Assembly: GCA_951406725.2 (NCBI GenBank)
Contig: OX597817.1
Location: 6,944,001-7,008,000, forward strand
DNA: 64,000 bases
Direction of reading: 5' to 3'
From: Octopus vulgaris
Lineage: Eukaryota
Shown: positions 25,690 through 39,995 of the stretch, piece after piece
Layout: the number at the start of each line of letters is the position of its first letter
Position numbering within the stretch: the stretch's first letter is position 1
The notes under the pieces: model-generated
Database searches by the model: none
The model's input: only the letters and a program-made list of their open reading frames with translations
Told to the model about the DNA's origin: nothing
Program-made: the position numbers and the translations under genes

Positions 25690-27110
25690 GGCATAACCTT
25701 TTATTAACTGACGTGCTATACTCAAAATGCACATTTTGGCAGAATTACTCCTCCTCTCTACAAAGGCCCTCATCAACATAGATTTTATCACGTGCGATCA
25801 ATGTGTGCCATCAACTGTCGGCTGCCCCTTAGAAAAAATCAGGTGTGCGTTATTGCACTTCTTCACGGGTATTTTTACTTCGTCTGTAGTAATAAATTCG
25901 TATCATAAAATAGTCTCCATATTTGGACCGACCAAGCAGGTCCAACTCTATGGGTGTTAAATCTAGGCGGTACAGTGTGTGGGTATTCCAATTCGGTGGA
26001 TTGCCTGATTTGTTGCCAAAGAAGTCTTTGGCCACGTCTTCTCATGGTGAATGAAGATCATAATCAGATACTTTTTCAATGTTATCCACTTAATGCCTTT
26101 TCTAATTCCTTTATCAGTAACCATATTTTTTAGAACCATTCTCTATTCACGATACGTCCACGTTTCAAACATTACCGACTGTGTCACTCCAAATCAGTCA
26201 ACATATCTTCCTGCTAGTTCTTGAGCTCCTTAAGCATTTGGCAAGGGATATGCTGCCATCGACGGTCTTAGGTTTCGTTTCCAAATCTCAAATAGACGCC
26301 CATGTTTTATCTTCAGTTATCATATCGGAAAATGTTATCCCCATTGACTTCAAACAATTCTAAAAGACCACAGCAGATGTCCACCTTTTCTACATCAAGC
26401 TGATATCTTCAACCAGCTTCTAAAATGCATTGCGATCACAGTTCGAGCCTAAGGTAAACTCATGAAATGAAATGAATTTGTCCGCATGAAACAATTCATC
26501 CACTTACTAGGCGCAGTTAATGGCCCCCAAAACTGCTAGTTTTCCTTTAAACTTCTGAATCTATCTATGTTTATTGCCTTTGTCAATGATGCAAACAGTA
26601 AACAACTTGTAGCCATCTGCGCTTGTCGGACAATTAACAGTACTATTTCGTCCAAAACTCGGAGTTGGCAGGTTGCTTCTGCCTGGAACCTGCAGCAGGA
26701 AGAACAGGAAAATGAGTAACTGCGAAGGACGATTTGCTCTACAAGCATATGCAATTTGAGAGACGTGTTGTTTAATAACAAGAAAGTCATACACAGTTTT
26801 GCATTATGTTTCCGTACAACCCACGTCAATCATGTTAGCAATGAGTAAATTCTGACTGAAACTTTATTGCAGTCCAGATATGTGAGGCGAAAGCATTGCT
26901 GTAATTCGATTGTCCACAGATATCTGCAACTACTGTGCTTACAGTTTCAGTTGTTAATGCCACTTAGGTTTGTATTGATTTTTTTTTTTGCCTGCTTTAA
27001 AATGGTGTGTTGTCTCCTTTTTTTATGCGCTGTTCAACTTTAGCGGAAGAAACCTATGATCAATGGCTTTTCTACAACGATATCCGGAAATTTTTGTGTT
27101 GCCTTCCTCT
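25690..27110 (-). pseudogene. Highly decayed RTE-type LINE
   Basis: Scattered motif remnants such as FETWTYR (cf. FEMWCYRRML). No long ORF. Confidence 0.4.
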
Positions 27111-27421
27111 AATTACTGAAAATATCCATTCACTACTTATTATTGTATCAGAGTAGCGAGATTTTATTGTTGTGTGTACTAAATAAATATTTCCTTATTG
27201 ACTGGGGTTGCAGCAGTCGTTAATGTTTACTCCTTCAGTACAACTTTGAGAATCCTGAAACTTATTCATACACTCTAACGGCAATTATGTCATGTATCCT
27301 TGCTTCTAAATATGGAATGGTGTGAAATGAGATAGACATTGCTGCTTTAAACAAGTCCTGTAATCTCATGTAGTCGCAGCACTTGTTATTGTTGTTATAT
27401 TGATGTTACTGTTGCTGTTGA

Positions 27422-27778
27422 GCGAAGCGGTCTTCGTCTAAGAGCGCTCAGTGGGAGCAGTCCGAATCGTGATTTTTTGCTATTCGTTAGACCCGCAGAA
27501 GAGAAAGCAGGTCAACCCCCGACACCGAGAGCATCGACGGATGGTTGAATGCGCATCCAGGCTCAGCGGTTGTGTAGGAAGTCGGGGACAAGAAACAGGA
27601 AGAAAAAGTGAGAGAAAGTTGGGGCAAAAGAGTACAACAGGGGTCGACAAGCCGGAGCCTCGTGGAGCTTTAGGTGTTTTCGCTCAATAAACACACACAA
27701 CGCCCGGTCTGGGAATCGAAACCGCGATCCTCCCACAGCGTGTCTGCTGCTCTAACCACTGGGCCATTGAGCCTCCAC
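27422..27778 (-). mobile_element. SINE with family A head and core but a different 3' tail
   Basis: 27651-27778 matches the A head (98-220). 27422-27580 is unrelated to the A tail. Imperfect TSD TACTGTTG(CTG)TTGA. Confidence 0.85.
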
Positions 27779-28157
27779 TACTGTTGTTGATGTCTGTGTT
27801 TTGTATCACTCAGCTCTATTTTAACAAATCCAAATCCTTTCTCCGTGAACGCCAAAGACAAACGACAAAATTACAGACCAGAAATGCAGTCCGGATGTCC
27901 ATTTCGGTTGTGTTGTTGCAGACGACTGTATCGCGCGTAATAATCTTCACTTGATCTTATCATTAAATACTAACAAATTCAAAGACTGCATAATCCTTCT
28001 TCTGAAATTGAAACTAAATTCTGTAAAGTCACAATAGTGTCTGATGTAATGGAAAGGCCATGCCGTTACGCTAATCATTGCCCAATTGGTTCTACTAGTT
28101 GTCCATTTGGTATAGCAATTTAAAATAGCTGTAGATACAATTACTGTGGCAAACATA

Positions 28158-28193
28158 TACTACTACTACGACAATTACTACTACTACTTTTAC

Positions 28194-28229
<36 letters not shown>

Positions 28230-28322
28230 TGCTACTACTACTACTAATACTACTAGTGCTACAAATACTAATACTATTACTGCTATTGCTGCTGCTTCTG
28301 CTGATGCTAGTAGTAGTAGTAA

Positions 28323-28380
<58 letters not shown>

Positions 28381-28522
28381 TGTAGTAGTAGTAGCAGCAG
28401 CAGCGGTGGTGGTTGTGGCGGTGATGGTGGTGGTAGTGGCAGCGGCGGCGGCGGCGGTGGTGTTAGTGGTGGTGGCGGTAGCGGCGGCGGTGGTGGTGGT
28501 GGTGGTGGTGGTGGTGGTGGTG

Positions 28523-28562
<40 letters not shown>

Positions 28563-28648
28563 AACAACGCTAATAACTCTCGTTTATGTTGTTATTATTT
28601 TGGGTGCAAAGTATGATGATGATTGTGGTGGTGTTGTTATTGCTGTTG

Positions 28649-28698
<50 letters not shown>

Positions 28699-28820
28699 GC
28701 TGGTGGTTGTGATGGTGGTGGTGCTGCTGCTACTGCCTCTGCTGCTGCTGCTGCTGATAGTAATAGAAGTAGAGTTGATGGCAGCTATGTGTGTGTGTGT
28801 GTGGAGGTATTGGCGGTGGT
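28158..28820. repeat. Compound (TAC)n/(TAG)n/(GGT)n/(GTT)n/(GCT)n tract
   Basis: Visible. Confidence 0.95.
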
Positions 28821-29528
28821 GAAGTTAGTGATTTTTATTAGTAACGATATTATTGGTTGTATTAACGATAGTATTGTTGCTAATGATAACGACGACAAAT
28901 ATTACAACTCTCAAAATGGTGACACCGCTGACCATACAACCTTTGCATCTGCTGCCGATCTCACCTTAGAGATTATTGCTTTTGTTGTTGCTTTTATTGC
29001 AGTTATCTACTTTGAAAATGACGTCAGTATTGTTTTTACAGCTGGAATTCATGTCGTGATATTGTTTTAGATATCATTGTTATCTCTTACTTCTCCTACT
29101 GTTCCTGTCGTTACAGTTATGGCTCCGGCTGCTGCTGCTGCTACCGGTGCTGTTGCTGCTACATCTATTGTTATGGCACTTGTGGTTGTGTCAGTTCAAG
29201 TGTCACATAACCAATATTAAATCCTGATTGTATAAACAAAGGAATACAGTTGTCGGTATTATTTGGCTTAAATTACCTGGTTTTTAGAAGATAGAGCTGC
29301 GGAAAACCCAGCATCATTTCATAATTATCATTGGTAAACACACAATGACCAATATCTTTCTTATCAACAAGCTTCATATGCGGAATATACCTGAAATCTC
29401 TTCATAACTATGTGGTTTCGAATTCGACATTAATGTGCGTTAACCTACGCAATCAACCACTTTCTGCTGTAAATTTAGGCCGACCAAAGCGTTTTGTTTG
29501 AAACTTGCTTTATAGAAACTGTGTGAAA

Positions 29529-30302
29529 GGTGGCGAGTTGGCAGAAACGTTAGCACGCCGGGCGATATCCGTAGCCGTATTTCGTCTGCCGTTACGTTCT
29601 GAGTTCAAATACCGCCGAGGTCGACTTTGCCTTTCATCCTTTCGGGGTCGATAAATTAAGTACCAGTTACGCACTGGGGTCGATGTAATCGACTTAATAC
29701 CTATGTCTGTCCTTGTTTGTCCCCTCTGTGTTTAGCCCCTTGTGGGTAATAAAGAAATAGGTATTTCGTCTGCCGTTACGTTCTGAGAGGTCGACTTTGC
29801 CTTTCATTCTTTCGGGGTTGATAAATTAAGTACCAGTTACTCACTGGAGTTAATATAATCGACTTAAATCATTTGTCTGTCCTTGTTTGTCCTCTCTGTG
29901 TTTAGCCCCTTATGGGTAATAAAGAAATAGGTATTTATTTCGTCTGCCGTTACGTTCTGAGTTCAAATTCCGCCGAGGTCGACTTTGCCTTTCATCCTTT
30001 CGGGATCGATTAAATAAGTACCAGTTACACACTGGAGTTGATATAATCGACTTAAATCATTTGTCTGTCCTTGTTTGTTCTCTCTGTGTTTAGCCCCTTA
30101 TGGGTAGTAAAGAAATAGGTATTTCGTCTGCCGTTACGTTCTGGGTTCAAATTCCGCCGAGGTCGACTTTGCCTTTCATTCTTTCGGGGTCGATAAATTA
30201 AGTATCAGTTACGCACTGGGGTCGATTTAATCGATTTAATCATTTTGTCTGTCCTTGTTTGTCCTCTCTGTGTTTAGCCCCTTGTGGACAATAAAGAAAT
30301 AA
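29529..30302 (+). mobile_element. SINE family C with four tandem body units, nested in an old family B copy (~29390-30360)
   Basis: Units start near 29577, 29761, 29931 and 30119. Flanks AGAAACTGTGT / AGAAACTTTGT. B-like GGCCGACCAAAGC upstream and GCTTGACACC downstream. Confidence 0.9.
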
Positions 30303-31559
30303 GAAACTTTGTTCACGTCCTGCTCTTGGATACCAAAAGTAATCTTGCTTGACACCAACGAAGGTAACTTTCAAATTTGTATTCCATAGAAAGAAATTTA
30401 TCTAAAGTTGTAAATTTGGGAACTAAAAGATCTTTGGAATGTTTGATTTGCGATATTATTCCGGTTACTTATTTCTGAACTCAAATTCCACGGTGGCTTA
30501 CTTAAGTAGGATACACACAAGAATCTTCCAATAACGAAGTGATAAATAGTGACCAGATCTTACTGCGGACAAAATGCTTTTCAAGGAAAGGTAATCCGTC
30601 TTAATCATGTAGATGCTTTTTCCTCGTTATAGTACAATCACGCTAAACTTTTTAAAGGAAATATCGACGTTCAAGTTCAAAACATGCATACAGTTTCGAA
30701 TCCGATATACATGCGTACAAAACAATTCGAATTGTATACAGGAAATGGGGATCCAGAGAGCACTTACAAAATTTCGAAACAAATGCACCTAAAAAGCAAT
30801 GCATACAGGGTACATGCACATATGCAAAGTACACACATGCATACATGCATACATGCTACGGTCAACATGTAACGCTTACACGTGGAGGAATTTTAAAAAT
30901 GCCTTTTCGAACATTTTTCTAAACAACTAGAGTCCTTTATTCTAAATTAGTAACTGGTTTATTTCTTCTTTTAGAAATAAAAGAAACTACTTTTACTTAG
31001 AAATTTGGCGTTATTCAGACCGGATAATAAAATATACCATGCACCACGTGGAATATTGTTTTTACAATTATGCTTGATAAATATATCAACAGCCCCAACA
31101 CACCACATAAACGCCAAGAGTACAACTACATCTATAAGTCTTCGAAAAAGACGTATGCACTCTCCTCACTTCGCTTGATCTTTGCATTTAAACCAACATA
31201 TTCGGTGTTATGAAAAATCCGGAGGCTACGCTTCTATCGGCTATTTGAAGTAGGTAAAGGAATACTGAGACGATGTTCACTCGAAATTAACCTATTTTAC
31301 CTCAAAATAATTTTCAGCAACAAACATCATCCGTTGCAGAAAGAAAATGGCTATTACATATAGCATTTGTTATTCCAGCTTTTATGATGCTAATCGATCT
31401 TCGTTAAATACTGAGAATCGAAGGGAATCACTAAACACTCGAATGTATCAAAATTTAGACAATACGAGAGTGCAAACAAGAGAAAGTGAGAGAGAGCGAG
31501 TGGGTGAGTAGGAGAGAAAGCAAGAGAGGACTATATATTCAAGTTATGTTTATTTTGAA

Positions 31560-32540
31560 ATGATAGTTCATAAGATTAAAAAAGGCCAAGTGTTCTGAAA
31601 TTAAGAATTATCTACGATATAGCTGCAGAGCACATGCAATAATCTGACGTTAATTGACAATTAACGCCTTTCTATACACAGATGTTATTGCTATTAAAGA
31701 AAACCTAGGAGAAACCAGCAGTTCCCATGCTACTAAAATTACTGAACGGAAGCCACCCATTAGAAAGCAAAACTCCAATAAGATATCAACAACCTGCACC
31801 GCCATAATGAATGGATAACCATGATAAGGAAAATAATGATTTCATACCTCACCAATTAAAACTCATGCAAAGAAGAACAAATCCTGTTCACTCTTGGGGG
31901 AAAATCTAATTACTTTAAATCTACAACTCAAGAGTCTGTGTGTAAGGCTTCTTTATTGAACAAAAGATATTCAATTGAACCATTAACAATTATATGTTGG
32001 CTTCCAGTCCAGAGGCATTATATTAAGAGATAAGGAAGAAAATCATTACTGTTAAGAAACGATCCTCTCAAGATCTGAAAGATCTGAAATCATTCTGGTC
32101 TAAGACCTGACACAAACACAGAAATTTCCACCAGGATATATCGTGGTTAAATAATTTTAGGAAGTAATACTGTACCAACATCGACAGTTAATCATATAAC
32201 ATCGACTTTGAAACATTGACATAGCAGTAGATAAACTACGCGATTAGAAGACACCTAGAAGATATTTAATAGATGGATAGTGGTATAAAAAATGACCTTC
32301 TATTGAAAGCCGTTAATATGCATATTTAAGAGAGCTGTAGAGTTTGGAAGACTAACTAACCAAGTTGGCTCACACTAGAACGAAAGAAGTTTGTAGCGAA
32401 GAACGAAAGCAAAGAGTTAGAAAATTATAAGCAGATTATTTGCCTAAGCGTTACGCACAAGCTTTTCACAAACTGTCACAATCAATTCCTCTAACATCAG
32501 TGTGAGTCCAATTACAATATGACTGACGAGAAGGCAAGTG
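31560..32540 (+). pseudogene. Possible decayed LINE (RTE-like)
   Basis: A-rich, coding-like composition with only faint motif remnants. Confidence 0.25.
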
Positions 32541-32636
32541 GAATGATGGGATTATGAGGATGTGAGGAACAATTTCTGACCGACAAAACTATTCTCTCCG
32601 AAGTTAGAAAATATTGCAGAAACTGTACGACTTGAT

Positions 32637-32933
32637 ACTTTTTTGCTTGTTTCTGTCATTTGACTGCGGTTGTGCTGGAGCAACACTATTAGTCGAATAA
32701 ATCGACCCCAGGACTTATTTTTTGTAAACCTGGTACTTATTATATCGGTCTCCTTTTGCCGTACCTCTAAGTAAATACACCAGCATCGGTTGTCAAGCGA
32801 TGGTGGGGGGACAAACACAGACACAAACAAACATATACATACATATATACATACATACATACATACATACATATATGCATACGTGCATACATGCATACAT
32901 ACATGCATACATATACATATACATATACATATA

Positions 32934-32967
<34 letters not shown>

Positions 32968-33132
32968 CGACGCGCTTATTTCAGTTTCCTTGTACCAAAT
33001 CCACGCACAAGGCTTTGGTTGGCCAGAGGCTATAGTAGAAGACACTTGCCCAAGATGCCACGCAGTGAGACTGAACCCGGAACCGTGTGGTTGGGAAGCA
33101 AGCTTCTTACCATACAGCTACTCCTGCACCTA
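32637..33132 (-). mobile_element. SINE family B
   Basis: Reverse complement of the 941-1376 family, with an internal (ATAC)/(TA) tract. Confidence 0.9.
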
Positions 33133-33649
33133 TGTAAGAAATCTTTTGAATCTATTCCTTATTGAAAGTAGTTAAAGTCTTGCAATTGGCAAAGGTATCT
33201 GCTACATTAGCCACTGACATCGAGACACGCAAAGACTTACGCTCTAAAACTTACTCTTACAACTGAGAACGGAACAGTCATTTCCGATATTATAAATATT
33301 TGAAACTAAATAATCCAAGAAAATAATCTTTTTTGTAATTCTATTTATTTTAGCATTAAATTCTTTTATGGTTTATTTTTTACAAAGTTCCAATGTATAT
33401 AATCTAGAGCCTTGTTGTAGACCTGAAGATCTATTCTAAAACAATTTGCAACGCTGAAACCCAGAGTAGTTTGTTTCAACAATTTCCGCTGTAATAAGAA
33501 CGGAATTTAGCCACAAGTTTCCGTGTTAGATTCGGTCATGGACGTGGAAAATCAGACCCCTAGTGCCAAAACTTTACATCAACAGTCTCTTCATCCCTAC
33601 TGTCCCATACAAAGAATACTAAAAAATATGCATTAATTAAAATACGAAA

Positions 33650-35260
33650 GTGCTAGTAAAATGGGATGAACCAAGAATATCACACCAGACTTCAAGAAAC
33701 AGAGGTCTTCACATACATGTCAGTATCCCAAAATGCTTTTTCATTACCTGTGCTGATAAGAGTATTTGGGATACTTAACTGGTCTGTAGAATTTACCTCC
33801 ATACATATAAAATAAAAACACTATAACATCAACTGCAGACTTCTATAGAAGCTCTACCAAACAAGATATGGAGATACAAGATTTACGTCGATGAAGAGAA
33901 CCTGTGTAATGACGTGTATCTCTCAGACAAAAACTTAACTAAGCAACAAACAAAAATATATTTATAAACCGAGTGCTGTAAATCAAGGAGAACAACACCC
34001 GACATAGTGACTGTGAACTCGTTCATAAATGCTCCCTTCCCGACAAACTCTCATACTGCTCCCAAAATGCTAGACTAGCATATGTCAACGAAAATGTTTA
34101 TGTGAAGAGCTTGGCATACCAAAAGCATGACTACGTATGGTTATATTATCGAAGACTCTTAGATGACACTGGTATCGATAGGAGCTGCAAACGTTTTTTT
34201 TTTCCTACTCTTGACAGCTAGAGGCTAAGAAGTTCCAATCCAAGAGCAGGATATTCCTATAAAGTACCTTATAAAACTAGGAAAATGATGAGTATGGGAC
34301 CCCAAAATGCAACCGAAATTGTCGATTATTTTCGTTTCTGTGAAAGACATCACACATGTGATCAGCAGATGGCCAAACGACCCTACCTACTAATGCAACA
34401 TGACTGTATCGCTAAGACAATATACAATGTCAAGCAAAATATCGATTGTCATGGAAGAAAAACAGTTAGTTTACCTATTAATGAATACATACATTAACAT
34501 TAACAAAAGGTATATTGTAATATTCCCATCAAAATTTCTACCGAATGCAAACAGGACGTGACGGATATAGTTGTTTGAGACAGACAAGAAGAAGTATGTC
34601 CAAACATAGAGGTCAGCTTCGCTTCTGATGTGAAGATTTCTTCAAAAATCAATGAGAAACTATGATAACTACGGAAATCAGATTCGAAACCTACAACAGC
34701 GACATCAATTATGAATTATCATTTATACCAATCGTGGAAGCACTCCGTCGGTTACGACGACGAGGGTTCCGGTTGATCCGAATTAACGGAACAGCCTGCT
34801 CGTGAAATTAACGTGTAAGTGGCTGAGCGCTCCACAGACACGTGTATCCTTAACGCAGTTCTCGGGGATATTCAGCGTGACACAGAGAGTGACAAGGCCG
34901 GCCCTTTGAAATACAGGTACAACAGAAACAGGAAGTAAGAGTGAGAGAAAGTTGTGGTGAAAGAGTACAGCAGGGATCACCACCATCCCCTGCCGGAGCC
35001 TCGTGGAGCTTTTAGATGTTTTCGCTCAATAAACACTCACAACGCCCGGTCTGGGAATCGAAACCGCGATCCTATGACCGCGAGTCCGCTGCCCTAACCA
35101 CTGGGCCATTGCGCCTCCACTTTTTATACCAATAATAACTGCTGCACTGTGTTTCAATTGAAAATCTGAATAAATTAGGACTTTCAGAAAATGGAATCGA
35201 CCATCTAATGTGATTAATACAAATACAAGTAACAGGTAGAGCAGTAAAAATATACTAGAA
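33650..35260 (+). pseudogene. Decayed R4/Dong-like LINE interrupted by SINE A
   Basis: NAFSLPVLIRVFGILNWSVE, IQEQDIPIKYL, HDCIAKTIYN and DIVV*DRQEEVCPNIEVSFASDVKISSKINEK. Paralogous to 24140-24780. Confidence 0.75.
34733..35122 (-). mobile_element. SINE family A, full length
   Basis: Reverse complement of 98-486. TSD TTTATACCAAT at 34722-32 and 35123-33. Confidence 0.92.
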
Positions 35261-35379
35261 TTTTCTGACATTGCTTGTCTCACGTTCCAACAAAGGAGCT
35301 TTCAGACAATTAAAGAACAAAACAAATATAGCTGTGCGTGTGTTTATGATACCCGCTGCATAAGATGGTATATGTGGAA

Positions 35380-35794
35380 GGCGCCGAGCTGGCAGAAACG
35401 TTAGCACGCCAGGCGAAACGCGCAGCCGTATTTCGTCTGCCGTTACGTTCTGAGTTCAAATTCCGCCGAGGTCGACTTTGCCTTTCATCCTTTCGGGGTC
35501 GATTAAATAAGTACCAGTTACGCACTGGAGTTGATATAATCGACTTAAATCATTTGTCTGTCCTTGTTTGTCCTCTCTGTGTTTAGCCCCTTGTGGATAG
35601 TAAAGAAATAGGTATTTCGTCTGCCGTTACGTTCTGAGTTCAAATTCCGCCGAGGTCGACTTTGCCTTTCATCCTTTCGGGGTCGATAGATTAAGTACCA
35701 GTTACGCACTGGGGGCGATGTAACCGACGTAATCCGTTTGTCTGTCCTTGTTTGTCCCCTCTGTGTTTAGCCTCTTGTGGGCAGTAAAGAAATA
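35380..35794 (+). mobile_element. SINE family C, head plus two units
   Basis: GGCGCCGAGCTGGCAGAAACGTTAGC head. Degenerate TSD ATAAGATGGTATATGTGGAAGG / ATAAGATGTTATGCGTGTAAGG. Confidence 0.9.
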
Positions 35795-36599
35795 TAAGAT
35801 GTTATGCGTGTAAGGGACATACTACACACACACACACACACACGCACACACACACACAAATATGTATAGGCATATATAGTAATCTTTTAACATATACATA
35901 CACACAAAAGACATGCACACACACACACACACATACGCACGGAAAATGCACATATTAATATATTTGGTTATGCAAATGTACTCTTATTTTACCTCCCCCA
36001 GTGACTCCTTGCCAATTTCAAGTTTATCTAACATCTTAAACAGTTGTATAGTCTACTCACACGCACACAGATATTTAATTATATCTGCATGGAGGCAACT
36101 ATGCGCCATGTGTTTTCTATGCAAGTGATCGTGTGTAGCAGGCAGGATTGAGACACTACCAATGTTTATGTATACTACGCTTTCGACGTCACACGACGCC
36201 ATAATCTTTTATCATCTTTACGACCTCTCTATCATATTTTGCAACTTCACTCGATGCTATACAGTTGGAATAAACATTCAGTGTTATGTTTATCAACATT
36301 AAGGTGTTTAATCCACGCATCGTAATTATGTCCAACTGACCCGAATACACACACACGAGTCCGTCCAGTTCTAATGTATAAACTATCTCATTTTTTACTA
36401 CAACTAACCACGTGAAAATTTCTTCTGAACTTTTCACTATATGTGTGTATTCTTGTACATTTGTGTGTGCATGTGTGTGTCTACACAGAAACACGCATGC
36501 ACACACACAGACACACACAGACACACACACAAACACACATATATATGTATGTATATAATAATGTATATTGCCATTTAAACATGGTTGCCCCCTACCAGC

Positions 36600-37580
36600 C
36601 GATGTTTGTTTTTTAACCCAAAAACGATGCTTCTTCAAGCTGATTATAATCAGCTCGAATAATTATTCGATGCAATCTGCATCCGATATATAATGCAAAT
36701 AGGGGAGTGAAGCCCTACCATCTTTCAGCCAGGAGACCATCAGACCGTATGGATTCGATCTCTTTGTGGTCAATCTCGGTGGTGGATACGCGCCCGCTGG
36801 AGATAGCGGGAGGTTTTCTGACAAATTCTTGCTTAGTAAAAAGCGAAACGATCCGTTACATGACGGGAACAGTGAAGTTTGGGGGTGAAAGTTTGATGAT
36901 TCAAGAAGGTTGGTTAAAATTGACGATAACTTGAATAATGCCGAATACATCTAGTTGCTGAAGGACAATTTGATACTAGACTTGGATGGGGGTGAGTTTT
37001 TTCAGCATGACGGAGCTCCATGCCACAGCATGGTGTTACCGTATTAAAAGTTTGGCCAGCTCAGGGCCCTGGCTTAAGTATCATCGAACAAATGTGGTCA
37101 GAACTAAAGAGAAGAGTTCTTCAGTAAATCCACCCAATCTTGAAGAGTTATGAGAGGTCAGCCACAGAGAATGGCATCTGATACTTGTGAAGACGGTGAG
37201 ATATTTGAACGCATCTCTTCACAGGTGCATTGAAGCAATTATTCCAGCTAAGGGAAGCCACACAAAATATTAGTAACGTACAGTAACTTCTTGGAATGAA
37301 CATTATGTAATAAATTTTCATTATAGAGATTTTTTCGTTTCAAAATGGATTGGTTTATGTGTGGTGACCGAAAACTTTTGCTCATTTGGTGATCATTTCG
37401 TATCTTCCTCTGTCATTCTAGATCCCTACTACAAAATATAATGATTAAGTATGGACATGACTCCAACGGTTCCAGTGTTTCATCTATAAAAATCGCAATG
37501 CGAAACATCCACTTATAAGTTGGCAATTAGTAGAAATTTACAATAGTTTAAAGTCGTCTAAAATTTTACACGGTACTATA
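36600..37580 (+). pseudogene. Tc1-like transposon remnant
   Basis: TVKFGGESLMI, LVKIDDNLNNAEYI, FFQHDGAPCH, WPAQGPGLSIIEQMWSELKR. Ends ...TTTTACACGGTACTATA. Confidence 0.85.
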
Positions 37581-37828
37581 TATATATGTACGCCTGTATG
37601 TTTGTAGGTATCAACACACATACGCCACCTTCGCACATTTACATCACTTACGCCATATTTTATTTAACGAAAATGGGAGATTGGCACTTAATACCATAAG
37701 TAAATTATTGCTTAGAAATTTACAAAGAAACCGGTACATAAACATGCGTGTGTGCGTATCATCAATATTTAGACACTTTGGCCAACGTGTGTGAAGCCTA
37801 ATTCAATAAGATATCAAATACACACTAA

Positions 37829-37892
<64 letters not shown>

Positions 37893-37990
37893 GTATATAT
37901 GAATATATGTATATATATATGTGTATTATATATGTATATATGTATATATATATATGAGTGTATACACATATACATATATATATATATATG

Positions 37991-38099
<109 letters not shown>

Positions 38100-38632
38100 G
38101 TTTCTGTGAGTGTGTGATTGCCACCGCGCGTGTGTATGCATATATATATATATGTATATACATGTATACATATATATATGTATGCATATATATATGTATG
38201 TGTATAGATATGTGTGTATATATATATATAAACATATATTAGTATGTATGTATGGACTGATGTTTGTGTGTTCGTGTGTACGGATAAGTTATTTTGTTTA
38301 TGCAATGTGATATATAAAGACGCCGTGTTAACATTAATTTCTCCACCTTAGCTAGTTCCTCGTGACAGAGATATCACCATAGCAACACTGATACCACAGA
38401 TGGCTTCATTTTGTTTATGTTACCGTACTCGTTTCTCCTACTCCTATGTATATCTGTTGAGTCGTGTATGAACGTATATGTGAAAGCACCTCTCTTTATT
38501 TCAGTATGTTGCTATTACTGTAAAGACATATTAGCGTATCTAATATGATTGCATATATACATAAATATATTCGTGAGAGAGGTTGCAGTCTCGCTTTCTC
38601 TCTTTCACTCTCCCCCTTTCTCTCTCCCCTTC

Positions 38633-38668
<36 letters not shown>

Positions 38669-38957
38669 TCTTTCTACATATATACATATATACTTATATG
38701 TATGTATATTTGCCAATAATATTATCACCATAGTAATATTGATATCTTCACAGCTATGTTCTAACAAGTCTTGCAACATTAATATCATTACAATTACATT
38801 CGCATCTTTAATATTTCCAACATCAACATTTAAATCACGATATCATTTTTTGATATCCTTATTATTTCTATTGATTAACACTCTGGCAACATTACGAATT
38901 ACAATTACATGTACAGCTTTCATATAGCTGTCATGACTGAGGAATTACATTATAGTA

Positions 38958-39361
38958 TACTCTTTACTCTTTTACTTGTTTCAGTCATTTGACTGCGGCC
39001 ATGCTGGAGCACCGCCTTTAGTCGAGCAAATCGACCCCGGGATTTATTCTTTGTAAGCCCAGTACTTATTCTATCGGTCTCTTTTGCCGAACCGCTAAGC
39101 AACGGGGACGTAAACACACCAGCATCGGTTGTCAAGCAATGCTAGGGGGACAAACACAGACACACGAACACACACATACATATATATATATATACATATA
39201 TACGACAGGCTTCTTTCAGTTTCCATCTACCTAATCCACTCACAAGGCATTGGTCGGCCCGGGGCTATAGCAGAAGACACTTGCCCAAGATGCCACGCAG
39301 TGGGACTGAACCCGGAACCATGTGGTTGGTTAGCAAGCTGCTTACCACACAGCCACTCCTG
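38958..39361 (-). mobile_element. SINE family B
   Basis: Very similar to 57108-57510, same subfamily. Confidence 0.9.
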
Positions 39362-39995
39362 TATAATGATATGACGTTCACGACTGCGTTTTTGTGTTTG
39401 ATATTCTAACATCACTGCTCCTCGAATCAATCACTCGGTGCAATAATATTACATAAAGTATACATTGTTATATACTATAGTGTTAGTGATAAATCCCAAG
39501 AAATCTTAGATTGTGCCTTGTATGAAGTTATAGTTTGAAAATGTTTATTCCACCTCAAATGCTGATGCGTTTGTAAAGGAGAAGTTTTAAGCAATTTCCA
39601 TCTCCCATGTCCAAAAAAGCATAGAAAAAAATGATGATTATTCTTAGTACTTTTAAGCGAGATCTTCCCCTATATTGTGAAGGTTCCTTAACTGTCGATT
39701 TCCCGGGCTAATTTTTATTCTGAATAAATCCGGTAGTCTTGTTTTATCTTGCTTTTATTTATACCAGTTATGCCCTTAGCAGTATACGAACAATTTATAA
39801 TAACATCCCATTTCTCATCTCCTGTAAAAATACGCCATGTAATTCTTACTGTCAAAAGAAAACAGTATGTGTAATATCTTTGTAACATCTATGTTAGTTT
39901 TACATCATTGATAATCATTATATTTATTTCTAATACCACCGAGAAAAGCAAGGAAAACATGTTTTCATGTCAACATTCAGTATCTCTAGAGTACA

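Noticed and set aside
29577-30302. CRISPR-like array
   Set aside because: Units are ~185 bp with no unique spacers, in a eukaryotic SINE context.
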